Origin: Pseudogymnoascus verrucosus
Taxonomy: Eukaryota
DNA length: 64,000 nt
NCBI GenBank assembly: GCA_001662655.1
Contig: KV460210.1
Reading direction: 5' to 3' (one strand)
Under the pieces are notes generated by a model. The model had not been told where the DNA came from, did no database searches, and saw only the letters and a list, made by a program, of their open reading frames with translations. Shown here piece after piece: positions 37,291-50,215 of this stretch. The first letter of the stretch is position 1; the number at the start of each line of letters is the position of its first letter. Both the position numbers and the translations under genes were made by a program.

Positions 37291-39394
37291 TCACCACAGA
37301 CACACACATCTACCTCTCCATTCCCCTCCCTCCTCCCATCCCTCCTCCCATCCAAGTCCCCAAAAAGTACCTCACCGTACCACACCATCCCCCAACCAGC
37401 CCCCCCTACGACCCACTCCCCCCTCCCTTGGCCGTACCACCCACCGTACCATCCATCCACACTCTACCACCCACCCACCGCACGCTCATCTGCTTGGTGG
37501 GTGTATCTGCCGGCAGAGAGATACGTGGGTACTACTTCCCTTCCCCTTCCCAGCCCAGCCCCCGTCGTCCGCGGCGGATGTTGGCGATGTTATCGTCGCG
37601 GTACATGCCGGGGTGAGTAATCGTGATCGCTAGAGAAAAGGTAAGGTAAGGTAGGTAAGTATACCTCATCACCGTCAGCACGCGTGGACAGACACGCGAT
37701 ATCAATTATAAACCCACTCAACGTCAACAGCCCTCAACACACACCGAACTCACAGAAAACTTACGCCACAGAACAAGAAACGCGCCCAGACGAAAGAGGC
37801 GACGAAGAAACACGGCAGACCGGACACGACAAACCCGCCACCACTACACCTCCTCCTCCTCTCCACCGGGAGGCGACCTTCCCGAGCCAGCAAGCACGCA
37901 CTTGACCTTCCCTTCCCATCTCCACCCACCACACACACACACAAACCCATGTCCGGCGTCCCCCTCCTCTCTCTTCCTAGCCATAGCTACAGTACAACTA
38001 CGTCAACACCAACCCCCTCCCCTTCCCCATGCAGCCGCGTGCGCTGATCTAATCTCCCCCCCCCCAGCCATCTCGGCGTGAAAAGAGCATGGGAGTGGTG
38101 GTCGTGGTTGTGGCTATTTCGAGATGGTGCCTAGGCTGGTCGGAAATGTCGGAGGGAAGGGTGGTGGTGAGGGTGCTGGGCGGCGTCTCGGCGGGGGGGA
38201 GGGATGGGAGGCAGGAGGGATCCGGCGTGTGTGGTTGTGGTGGTGGTGTTGGGTTTGTTGTTGTGGCTGGTTTGGTGGTGGTGCAGATACGGAGGCGCAA
38301 GGAGGAGCGGGTGGTGGTGTTGGGGAACGGCTCATACGAAACGGCTCGTACGGATGGGCATACATTCCTTCCTACCTTCCTGTTCCCTCTATCCCATTCC
38401 AACCGACCGTTGGGGATGGGTTGATTAAAGACTGATAACTGACTGAATTGATATAACCACAATCACCAGAGTAGCCATTTCAGCCAAGCTTACGTGCATG
38501 GCTACGTATGAATTTGTACCATCCACCCACAACCATAGTATACAGAAAGTACACACCTGTACAGCGCTGTACACTATCGCTACATCCCCGACCACTACAA
38601 AAGGCTGTATCCCCCGAGTACCAGCTAGGAACGCACTGGACGCCGTCTCTGTCGCGATGGGTGGACGATCACTTTTAGCTGATTGCGGGGTAGCGGCGGT
38701 GGGAGGGAGTCGCGGTCGGTACTTTGAGTTTTGCTGGTGATGCTGCATTATAGTATAGTATATTCCGTGTCATCGTGTGTATGTGTGTATGCAAGCACGA
38801 CCGAGACGAAACATCAACATCAACATCACCCATCCATCTGCCATCTCCCATATCCCATATCCCAGTTCCTCAGCCACAATCACAATCACTATCACACACA
38901 TAATCACTCAAAATCCCAACACCCATCTCATCCCGCTACTATCCCCAACCATCTGCCTAATCCCCCAAAATAGACTTCCAGCCCCGGCCTTCCTCCTCTC
39001 CCCCCCCTAACCCCCTTGCTGCCACACACAGCGCACGCGAGCATACATACTCGCATATCTGGTTCGTCATGTGTTTGTGCCTGTGCTTCTGCTTCTGCTT
39101 TTCTCCGTCTGCGCCGGCCCTTGAGTCGCTCTCCCTTTTCGTAGACGGGGAATATGGACACACCCACGCACGGAGGAAGGGGGTTGCCAAGGCTAGTCCA
39201 GTACAGTTTGTTTCTTGTCCCGGATCTGCCCGTCTACGTACATGCGTCGTTCCTGATGGCCCCCCGGACGGACGCCTTTGGTCGCAGCACCCTTGGAAGT
39301 GCTACTTCAAGGGGCAGGGATATAAAAAAAACACCGGGCTGCGCGGCTGGGTGATATATATATCTAGACATGTAAAAAAAAAAACGGCAAAAAA

Positions 39395-39457
39395 ACATAC
39401 AACAGTGGGTATTCGCTGGTGGTCACCTACCCAACTACTAATCTACCGATCTCAAGC
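39395..39457 (-). rRNA. 5S rRNA: 5S rRNA, 3' half (nt ~57-119) of split copy 1
   Basis: Minus strand GCTTGAGATCGGTAGATTAGTAGTTGGGTAGGTGACCACCAGCGAATACCCACTGTTGTATGT followed by a T-run Pol III terminator. Confidence 0.92.
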
Positions 39458-40617
39458 AATCCTCTGGCTAATAGTTAAATCGGTGCCATCCGGCCTAGTG
39501 GGTGAGCCTCGCCGCCCTTACCCCTTGTTTTGTGATCGCAACCATCTCAACCACCCCTAAGTCTGTGGACTTGCACAGCTTCATTACATATCCCATATAT
39601 AATGGCTACCTTCCTGTAATGGGCACAGTACCGCAGTAGGTGTTACAGTAGGCGAAAGAGCAATGTGCAGTAAAAGACAGCACCGTGATATATAGAGTAC
39701 CGTATCGCTAGCAGCACAGAAACCATGTACTGTAATAAAGTTTGGTTACTGTAGAAGTTAAAAGACACCACACAGTAATATTTACAGTACTACATTCAAA
39801 GATGTAAGCGGCGATTACTATGAATTCGCGTGATTTCAGCCACTCACAGATCTACGGCTCCTGCGCTTAAAATTCGATCCGATATAACTAAAGCAACACG
39901 GATAAACAGCGACGCAGCCAAAATCGTGTGAGAATCCCCGGCTACCGTAATCTTTCCCTTAGCACACGGAACAGGAAGCTTTACAGTAACCGCAGTATAT
40001 AGGACTAATTAAATTACTACACTATTCTACAGGGCTTCGTACAGTATATGTAGAGCTTAAGGGGGGCCACAGAACCCTGAGTAATCGCCAGCTAAGCTGC
40101 TTAGAGCTCAGCTGTGATTGTGGCTACATCTTGGGCAGCACCACAGCCGCACCGAGCCATCCTGGGAGGTGGACGCTGTGGCTGGGGAAAACCTTCGGTT
40201 ACAGGGTTAATAACCCACCGAATCCCAGTCCGCATGTCCGCCTTCCTCCAACAGCAACCTAGATCCTTCAGAGGGAATGCGCCTTTAAATCTCAAAAATT
40301 CACGTAATTGTCATGAATGTAGTGACCAGTGTGCTGTTGCCGCTAAAGTAGCCACTTATATTGGAACGCGACAGTACAAACAACAGTAGCCCGTCCTGGA
40401 GACTTGCATGAGCTCAGCCTCGTTCTGTTGGCATCGCGCAGTCCACATTCATTTAATCCGCCATGTCAGCTTTTTCGTCACCTAGGCTTCGGAGTGCTTT
40501 ATTTTCTGACAGCTTGCTTCATCCTCTAACGTAAGGTCATCCCGCACAACCATTTTCCACTTCCATTTCGGATGCTGATGATTTTGACAGATTGTATCGT
40601 TCCACAACTATTGTAAC

Positions 40618-43600
40618 ATGGAGGCCATAGGACTAGCGGTCGGAATCGCAGGATTGGCGGGCCTGTTCAGTACCTGCCTTGATCTTATTGACAAGGCTAA
40701 CTCTTACAGAGACTACGGTCCTGAGTCACGCTCTGTTGTCGCACAGTTTGAAGCTAACAAGCTTCTGTTTAGAAGGTGGGCTCAAAGTGTTAGGATAGAA
40801 GAAGGCAATCCCAAGAACAATCATCATAGTGCTCTAGACAATCCCGCGACTGCTTTAGTGGTATTGAAAATTTTGTCGAGCATACAGGAAACCTTCAACA
40901 AGACCGAGAATGCCCTGTTAAACATGCAGCATGTGTCGACAGCCGATCCGAGCTCTAAGAGCTTTGACTATACGCAAGGCTCGAATCAGAATGTGGAGTC
41001 CAAGGTATCGACGTCGAAGCGCCATAAGATCGGATGGGCCTTGATGGGAAAGGCGAAATTCATCCAGCAAGTCCTTTAGTTTGGGGCTCTAGTCCAGAGA
41101 CTGAATAGCTTAACGTCTGTAGATCACTTAAAAGGTATTTCTTCTCCTCTTAGCCATTGGGTTTAAGTCACTCACTGATTGTAGAAAGTGATGTTGCCAA
41201 CCCTCGAGATTTTTCCAAATCGTAAAGCCTTCTGACTGAAGCACTAAAGTTGATCGAAGGTCAGATTGCGGTAGAGATCAAAATCGAAATCGAAACCTAG
41301 CTCGGTGCTACCTGGACCAATGGACTTTATGACAACTTTACTCGAAGTAGGCTAGACGGAACTTGTGACTAGATCTTAAGTAGCCCTTCATTTTTGGAAT
41401 GGGTCTCCTCCGAATTCCCGTCAGACTCTTCAAAGGTGCTGTGGGTCAACGGGCCAGCAGGATATGGGAAGACGACTATCTGTGCCAGGGTCGTCGAACA
41501 TCTGTCAACGATACTAAAATCTCCCCTCGCATATTATTTCTTTTCAGCCGACTTTGAAAGCCGAGGCGACCCCTTTGTCGTTATTCGATCCTGGATAGCA
41601 CAATTAGTAGCGTGTAATCGAACTGCCTTTGAAATCGCCCATGAAGAGTGGCAAGCAAAAGATGGCCATGTTGCATCTCGGACTGCCATCATGAACCTCT
41701 TTAAGCTCATCGTTAGCAGTCTACCAAACTGCACATTTGTCCTTGATGGGCTCGATGAATGCGCTTGGTTAGAGGCGAACCCAATGGCTACGGATGGAGA
41801 TGGCCGCACTAGTTTCCTTACATCTCTGATCGATACCATTGCAAAAACCACCACCCGAATTATGGTTGTTAGCCGTGATGAAGCTGATATTCGCTCGGGG
41901 ATATATAGCATACACCCCAGTCAGGGCGTGTACGAGCACAAGATTTCTCCCGTAGATGTTCAATCTGACGTTTCACTGTTCTCGAAGAGCATTGTCAACA
42001 AGAAGCTAAAGAACAAAGATGAAATGGTTAGAAATAATTTATCACAGAGAATAGTCGACCGCAGCAATGGGATGTTCTTATGGGTGAAAATGCAGGAGGG
42101 TAACTTGCGCGGGGGTAAAAGCATATTGCAACTGCAAGAAACAATTGATGAAACCCCGACAGGCCTAAGCCATCTTTACGATCGAAATTGGAAGAAAATT
42201 ATAGGCCTTCAACAGAGTGATAGAACTCGGGCGCTCTTAATTTTACGTTGGGCAGCGTTTGCGATGCGGCCTCTCACTGTCCTGGAAATCACAGAAGCCC
42301 TCCTTGTTATGGATGATGACGGCTATGACAACATCCTGGTAAACGGTCTCCTAGATGAGATTGATGAAGAGTACGTTAATAGTGAGATCAAGGGTCTCTG
42401 TGAGTCGCTTGTAGAGACTCGAGGAGCATCCACTAAGGGGAGTTTCGCATCAATGACCGTTCACCTAGCACACTTCTCAGTCAAGCAATATCTCCTACAC
42501 AACATGCCAACGTCTAGCCTACTAGGAAACAATATATCTTTACAGAGTAGCGAGGCCATTCAGTGCAATGAGCTAGCTAAAACTTGCCTGCGCTACATCA
42601 ATTTCCGAGATATTTGGCAGCAGCGCGTTTGTTCTAAGGACAGCGTTGATAGCCGGCCCTTCCGAGACTACGCAGCTACTTCATGGCATCGGCATCTTTT
42701 TCCTGCAGGAAAAAACTACACCGATGTACTTTCCCTGGTAAATCGACTGTTTCATCCTGAAAATATCAATTGGCAATCATGGGCAGCATGGTTTGATTCT
42801 GTTGAACCATTAGTGCCTACTAAGGATTTAAATGAAACAAGGTCGATGAGCCCACTGTACTATGTGTCACTTCTTGGCATCTATGATGCTGTTGTGTACC
42901 TAACAAAGGAGTTGAAACTTGACCTGAATTACGTTGGTGTAGGGCATAGAACACCATTATATGCAGCCTCATGGAAAGGCAACATCGATGTGGTTAAGGT
43001 GCTACTGGAGCTTGGAGCCGATGTTATAGTTGCGGATAGTAACGGAGCAACACCGTTAAAGCGTGCGTCACAACACGGGCACGTCAAGGTAGTCAAGGTG
43101 CTACTTGAGCACGGGGCCAATGTCACTGTTGCTGAAGAAGGAGAAACACCGTTATATATTGCGTCATACAATGGGCACGTTGACGTAGTTAAGGTGCTAC
43201 TTGACTATAGAGCCGATGTCACAATTGCTCTTAGAGGATGGACACCGCTAAGTGCAGCTTCTAGCGGTGGACACGTTGATGTGGTTAGGGTGCTTCTTGA
43301 ACGTGGAGCTAACACAACAATTACAAACAGCGATGGAATGACACCACTATATTTAGCATCAATTTATGGATATGTTGATGTGGTCAAGGTGCTACTTGAG
43401 CATGGAGCTGATGTTACAGTTGCAAACATTACTGGATGGACACTGCTAAATGGAGCATCAAGCAGAGGACACGTTGATGTGGTTAGGGTGCTTCTTGAAC
43501 ATGGAGCTAACACAACAATTACAAACAGCAATGGAATGACACCACTATATTCAGCATCAATTTATGGATATGTTGATGTGGTTAAGGTGCTACTTAAGCA

Positions 43601-45152
43601 TGGAGCTGATGTTACAGTTGCAGACATTAACGGATGGACACTACTATATTTAGCATTAAGCAGAGGACACATCAATGTGGTTAGGGTGCTTCTTGAACAT
43701 GGAGCTAACATAACAATTACAAACAGCAATGGAATGACACCACTATATTTAGCATCACTTAATGGATATGTTGATATAGTTAAGGTGCTACTTGAGCATG
43801 GAGCTGATGTTACAGTTGTAAACATTAACGGATGGACACCGCTAAATGCAGCTTCTAACAATGGACACGTTGATGTGGTTAGGGCGCTTCTTGAGTATGG
43901 AGCTGATGTAACAGTTGCAAACAGCGATGGACTGACACCGCTAAATGCAGCATTAATTTATGGATATGTTGATGTGGTCAAGGTGCTACTTAAGCATGGA
44001 GCTGATGTAACAGTTGCAAACAGCGATGGACTGACACCGCTACATGCAGCATTAGTTAATGGATATGTTGATGTGGTCAAGGTGCTGCTTGAGCATAGAG
44101 CTGATGTTACAGTTGTAATGGATAATGGATGGACACTGATAAATTAGGAATATGGAAATATTTTGGGATATGCCGTACATAATGCTAAGGCATCATTGGT
44201 ACAGCTTCTGCTTGAAGTGGATACAGACACAAACCTTAGCAGCGACGATTATGGACAAGCCTTACAACTTGGATGCATTAATGGTAATGTACCTATTGTC
44301 GACGCACTAATATGTGCCGGAGCAGATCCCAATAGGGTAGATGAGCATGGATGGACTTCACTATGGTGTGCTTCACAATTTGAGCAAGATGTTATTATGG
44401 AGCGGCTTGTTGCATGTGGAGGAGATCCATCTTTGGCCACACGAAATTCGACACTCGCACTAACGTCGTGGAGTTTAGTAGATAAGTCTCCTCGCCTAGT
44501 TTTAAACGAGGATGCTATTACCATTAAATATGCTAGTAAGTATTCCCTACGCCCTGAGAAATTCGCGTTACTGATCAAAGTAATCGCGAAGGCATAGAGG
44601 GGAACGGAAAGGCGAATGCGGCAGCAGCTCGAGCGAACCACCCAATTTCTCTCTAGAATGCTCCTTTTTACTTTGAGATTACAGTCCTGGATAGTGGTGA
44701 TACAGGGTAATCCGTCTCTCAAATCTTTGCTGCGTGTGCTAACATCTTTTTCTCCTAGAGAGATTGGGTTAGGTCTCTGTAGTGGGTATGCACCCATTAA
44801 CGCTATGCCTGGGTGGAACCTTTCATCGTGGGGATATCATGGAGATGACGGCTACATCTATAACTCATTAGATACAGGGAAACCTTACGCTGATGTATTT
44901 GGGACTGGGGACGTCATTGGGTGTTGCCTCACCTGTGATAATGAAATTACTTTTACTAAAAATGGGATTTCCCTTGGTAAGTTAGTTAATATCTTTTGTT
45001 GGCTATAGACAAGCTAATACTACAATCTAGGAAGTGCAATGAAGGCCACAGAAGGCAAACTATACCCTGTTATTGGCATGAAAAGTTGTGGTGCTTGCAT
45101 TCGAGTAAATTTTGGCAATGAGCCTTTCCAATGTGATTTCGCGCTAATCTAA
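40618..45152 (+). pseudogene. NLR-like HeLo-NACHT-ankyrin-SPRY gene with RIP-type nonsense mutations
   Basis: HeLo-type N-terminus (GLAVGIAGLAGLFSTCLD); Walker A GPAGYGKT; Walker B VLDGLDE; more than 10 ankyrin repeats; SPRY motifs MPGW..SWGYHGDDG, GDVIGC, LYPVIG; in-frame stops at 41077, 41223, 41298, 41370 and 44145. Confidence 0.9.
43150..44140 (+). repeat. Array of highly similar 99-bp ankyrin-coding repeats
   Basis: GGATATGTTGATGTGGT(C/T)AAGGTGCTACTT and GGACACGTTGATGTGGTTAGGGTGCTTCTTGA unit types alternate. Confidence 0.9.
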
Positions 45153-45391
45153 GGGGCGACCATTTTACTAGAGTGGAAAGCTTGCAAGAATTGGAAAGGA
45201 TGTCTGTTAACAGGGTGCGAGCTGGGGTGCCTGTTGACGAGTTCCCTAGATCTATTGTTGGGGCGAAATCGCTTTCTAGGGCTTACGTTTAGATGGAGAT
45301 ATGCTAGATTTCAATGCAAGTCCACAGGTCCCATGCCCCGATTCCGCGCTATGCCTATTGGCACGATTGAGACTATTAGCCAGAGGATACG

Positions 45392-45452
45392 CAAGCTTGT
45401 GTATGGCAGAGCGGACGGGATGCCCAATTCCCTTAAGTCTATGGTCGTATGT
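45392..45452 (-). rRNA. 5S rRNA: 5S rRNA, 5' half (nt 1-61) of split copy 1
   Basis: Minus strand ACATACGACCATAGACTTAAGGGAATTGGGCATCCCGTCCGCTCTGCCATACACAAGCTTG; TATA-like element ~25-30 nt upstream. Confidence 0.92.
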
Positions 45453-45754
45453 GGGAGTTGTGCAGTTGTTAGTGGTGATATATACTATCCCCCCTCCCCC
45501 ACCCGATATAGAGAAAAAAGGCGTAAATAGTTCCCCTACCTAGATCTGCCTGTCTATGTACATATATATAATAGTAGGTATTCGTAGGAGGAATATAAAG
45601 ATTTAGATGGGTAGATTACGATTTCTAGAGATTCGTTGTGTGATTCCGTAAGCGTGAACTAAAATGTAGAATTATATAGTACGATGGCATTTACTTACAT
45701 AGTAGCTCTAGAGGCTATTCCGCATGTTACAACTAAACAACTAGTGCATCGAAC

Positions 45755-47371
45755 TTAGCAGGGTCTTCCTAGGATAACTCTAAATAAACCCCTAAGTAAT
45801 AGGACCAGCGCCGCCGCCACCACTGCCGCCGACTCCGACGCAGACCGCACGGCTGTCGCTTACGCCAAGACCAGAATACACCCCTGTGTCACAGTTAGTC
45901 CCGATCCAGGGGTTCCAGGATGTTAGTTGAGCAGGCGTGATATCGAAGTCCTCAGCGATGTCAGAGCAGAGCTGTAGTCCGACAGACCGGCCATCGACGG
46001 CCGTAAAGCAGGTACATGTTGATATTATTCCCGGATGCGGGTGGTCGGCGTAGTATTCAAGGAAATCGTCTTCTATGATTAGGGCTGAGTTTTTAATAAC
46101 TCATGTTAGCTTTGCGAGGTGGTTTAGTGTGTCTAAATCGTGCTCACGGACGGCATGGGGTCCGACTTACGGGGCAGAAACGAAGTGCCGTTTAAACCGC
46201 AGTACCTGTATCCCTCCTGTAGCATGCACGGATCTACAGATGCTAGGCTCGGGTTCCATGAGAGGAAGTCGGCAAGCGGAACCTCAAAGACCGTCGTGGT
46301 GTAGTCGCAGGTATTAGCATTATTGATGATGGCGACTGTATCCGGGTGTACACTCTAGTCGGTGATTGCGGGGATGGAGAAGTGGTCGATGTAGCCGTCG
46401 CAGTCGGATGGGGTTCCAGGGGCGATTGGGAGTTCGACTATGGGCGTTATGATCGGTTCTGTAGTTGAGAGAGGTTGCGTCGTAGTAGTGATAGTGCCGT
46501 CGCCTAGGTCGTCTCTAGGAGGACTGACGCAGATTAGAGTCTCGGCGAGGGGATCAAGATTCGTGCAGAGCTGGTTGATATTAGGGTTCCAGTTCAGGAG
46601 ACTAATGTCGTTCATGTAGCTGTGCTGTGCCAGGATACTCTCGCAAGTCTCATTATACTTCACATGGTATAGATCACAAGGACTTGCAAATTCAGGGTCG
46701 TAGCCAAACGGCTAGTTTAGCTGGGTTTGCACGACCCCAAGTATGCAATCAGAGAAAGTTTGAGCTAATGACAATGGGCCGGATCCCAACCAAGAGACAA
46801 AGATCTCATCGCAAAACTGGCCTATAGAGCTGCCGTTATATAATCAGCGTTAATGACTGATCGGAAGCGGTTTCGACAGAGGGGGGGGAATCAACAAGAC
46901 CTACGTGTCTTTTCTACACGAAAGATCGTATGTGTATAAGAAACGATCAACTACATAAGTAGCTGTATACCAAATATAATTAGCTATAGATACTTATTAG
47001 GCAGAAACAGACCGAAGATGATCGAGCTATAGATGTCTAGACGGACCAGGCTAAATGACGCCGTCAAACTCAACAACATCAGTGTCTAAATTGCAGCCCA
47101 AGGCAATGGTTTGACGGACGTTTGTTAAAGCTGTACAGCAAGCTGGAGTGCATAATGCCGTGAACTGCTCTAAGTCGAGGCGCGGATTAGTAGCGGAGAC
47201 GCCTATCAGAAAGCTAGGGCAGTTGGGGGCAGTCGTGTTGAGAGCTTCCATGCAGTTTTCGCTAACTCCTAGATAGTCTAACTCCATCGCCGTATCTTTA
47301 AACTGTTAAGCGTTAGCGCTACTGGCTAGATGTGCTAGTAGTAAAAGTGATAATGAACAGGTGAGTGTCAT
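45755..47371 (-). pseudogene. Secreted LysM-domain protein pseudogene
   Basis: Signal peptide followed by TAA; C..ALNTT..C N-terminal domain; YHVKYNETCESIL...LLNWNPNINQLCTNL...ICVSPP LysM; PIAPGTPSDC; stops and frame breaks. Confidence 0.8.
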
Positions 47372-48173
47372 GGTGCCGAACGAACGAATTCTTTATCAAA
47401 ACTGCCATTCTGACCGTCTAGGACAATATTACATCTAATTCCAATATCTTTAGCTCAAAATGGTCTAGTTAGCGGGATTCTCCTCGCGATTTAAATTGAA
47501 GCTTGGCGAAGTGTTAATATCCATGGGTTGTCCTGCTGCCGAGCCTTAGTCTAAGCTGAGATAGCTGCCAAAAGAAAAATGAGGATTCTATTTCCTATTT
47601 CCTGTTTCAAGTGTTCAATATTTAGGATCCATAAACCCGTAGGACAATTAGCAGTTAATACCGAGGTTAGTGCGCTCTATATATGTACGGATTTAGTAAT
47701 GTAAGGTATGCCGTATCTTCCGCATTGCCTTGGTTTTTTACAGCTACCAGATTGTTCCATGGTCAGAATTTACCACATATCATCTCCAATCTAAGGATTG
47801 GATTTTCTAATTCCTAATATGAATTTCCTCTTTAACGGACCGCTGGCGCATGCTTAGCTACCATTTCTAGGTCTCCGAGTTGTTATCATCCTTAGTCCGA
47901 GCCTTCAGGTTCTGCTTCACCTTCCTTGAGGACGGCATACAATTCATCTGATCTTGTTAAATATAGTGCAGTTAGGGCCTTTAACGATTCCAAACCACCA
48001 TCAGTTTCATCTCTCTCTTCTTTGTCTGTTGTTCCCCTACCCGGATCTGCCTGCCTACGTACATACATCCTTCCTGATCCTCCGGACCCTTCCGCGCCTA
48101 TTCGGAACGTCAACCTTTAGAGCTGGCCGGGCCGAGTTTATGTATTAGAACGGCAATACAAAAGAGGCAAAAA

Positions 48174-48230
48174 ACATACAACAGGGGGTATGTATTCGCT
48201 AGTGGTCATCTACCTAACTACTACTACTAA
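48174..48230 (-). rRNA. 5S rRNA: Degraded 5S rRNA 3' fragment (split copy 2)
   Basis: + strand ACATACAACAG..TATTCGCTAGTGGTCATCTACCTAACTACTACTACTAA aligns to 39395-39441 with small duplications and transitions; preceded by the same GGCAAAAAA terminator flank. Confidence 0.8.
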
Positions 48231-48408
48231 AAAATGAGCTTGCTCCTGTTAATTAAGTCCCGTGGTTTATATTCGTTTGTGATAAATGTACTATGGGACA
48301 ATAGTAAATGTTATGAAACAAAACAGCACTTGGGACATAGAACTTCTTGATGGTGATAAAAGAGTGTATTGGGTATATTATCTTTCTAGCTTTACAGACC
48401 AGCTCTAT

Positions 48409-50215
48409 CTATATAAGAAGCCAGTCATAGCCCAAATGGCCGACACTAAATATCCACTGCGGCGAGGATAGCTCCCCATAATCCTCCCGTGTCCAGTATT
48501 CCTGCAAGATCTTAGAGGCATTGACCGCATTCAAGCAACTTGTTTCCGCCCAAAATTGCGCCAAGCAACTGGTTAGAAAATCCCTTTGGGCTTGCGACTG
48601 ACACTCTAGGCCGGCAATGAAGATAGGCCAGAGGATACACTTGAACAAGATTTGGTCGTCCTTTAGTGCCTCGATAACACCTAGTAATGCACAAACCAAA
48701 TCATCCTGCGACGTGACATTACCCGTGAGAGCATCAAGTACACGCCTGCCATATATGAGAGAGCCAAGCTGGAACGATTGTGACAACTTGCAAAGCTTAT
48801 CTATACCCTGCATCGAAGGCGACGGTAGTTGCGGGAGCAGGCCCGATGCCCACATGTAGGAATCGAAATCCCGTACAGACTCAAGCATGGTAGTGATGTG
48901 TCGGGTGTGGGAGAGGATGGCGGTGTCGTCTGATGGCGCCTGGTCTGCGATGATGTCTCGCTGGAGCGAGAAAAATTGTATGGCGTGGAGGAGATGATCC
49001 GGACATCCGAGAAAGGATTGCTGGACCGATTCCTGGGGCGGCGTGCCAGACTGGTCTAAAGAGATCGGCTGGGATAGTAGCCTAGGGCGTGCAAAGGTTG
49101 CTCCGAGTGTTTCAATCCTAGTATTGTATTAGCAATTCATCTACAATCTATGCGAATTGATAGTTCTGTGCGGATATACATACAGATAGATCTGTCTGGT
49201 GATGAAACTACGTATCGCCTGGACAGTTCGCCCGGGATCCAGCTCGTTGGCAGTTTCCAACCCAGATGATGGCCAAATGGACGCAATTAAGTTCTTAGCA
49301 CCTTCGAGATGAAAATTCCATCTATCACAGCCGGACTCCAAGAGGTCTAGAAACACCAGGAGGAATATACTAGCCGCTATGGTGTCTTGCCTACGTGATA
49401 CTGCATCGTTTAACGCAAGTGATAGCGCTTGAATGGCTTGACATTTGTATAAAAGCGCATCCTTGTCGGAGGTGCTTGAGGCAGGAGGTGTCGCTAGCAG
49501 AGGCTGCTGGCGGAAGAGATAATGTCTATTGGCGTTATGCCGTGCTGCAAGGGCTAGAATTGCCTTGAGTAGAGTTGAGTCACCCAGAGCAAGAGATATT
49601 AGGTTCCGAAAAGGATTCTGGTCACTGTCGTACACAATGAATAACTTGCATATGCATCTATTGTCTGCATATTGATGTTAAATCCCTTCTGGGAAATTTG
49701 CTAGTGGGATTGAAAACTTCTATACTTACAGTAATCTAGGTAATATCCGGAGGCTCTGTCCAAGCTTGAAACAGAAGGATCTTTTAGAGATAATGGTAAG
49801 CTTGATAGGGGGCCGCTGATATTATTGGTATCTGATTTTATTAGTAATTAAGTCCATTTAAATATGATACCGAGGAAGGATTTTTCTCGAGTAACATCAA
49901 GATCAGCTATAGTATTACAGATTTCTCACCATTGTACTTAAAACCATTCGTCACCGGCAGCTTTGGGCGTGTAGCAGAGGACTTGATTAAATCACACCTC
50001 GTGCCTGTTGATGTCCCATTGAAGTTTGCTGCTGCAATCGAGGCGTCCTGGACTGATAGTCCTCGCATCTTGCCTCGAACGGACATGCCTTTTACCCATC
50101 TGATGGGCCTCTTCTCGGAACATTCCAACCCCGCCTTTTCACATTTCGCACAGGGCATTCGGGATCTGTCGCATTCAATGTGCCGACGGCGGCACGTGTA
50201 GCAGGGAGTATACAT
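48409..50215 (-). CDS. Zn2Cys6 transcription factor with Fungal_trans_2 domain (Acr-2-like), multi-exon
   Basis: CYTCRRRHIECDRSRMPCAKCEKAGLEC; QNPFR, HLEGA, LWPIFIAGLEC motifs. Confidence 0.88.

Larger units (their letters stand above)
39458..45391. mobile_element. 5.9-kb 5S-inserted, captain-less Starship-like element (CAAGC direct repeats, asymmetric TIRs)
   Basis: CAAGC at 39453-39457 and 45392-45396; perfect 17-bp inverted repeat 39459-39475 / 45372-45388 extending imperfectly to ~30 bp; flanks rejoin into a 119-nt 5S. Confidence 0.85.

Noticed and set aside
30000..39390. Many short ORFs in the ORF track outside the Myb gene
   Set aside because: Low-complexity translations of microsatellite-rich DNA with no domains
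39458..45391. 5S-derived SINE or retroelement as the explanation of the 5S fragments
   Set aside because: The halves are complementary, collinear and joined by DR plus TIR; no reverse transcriptase or retro-tail
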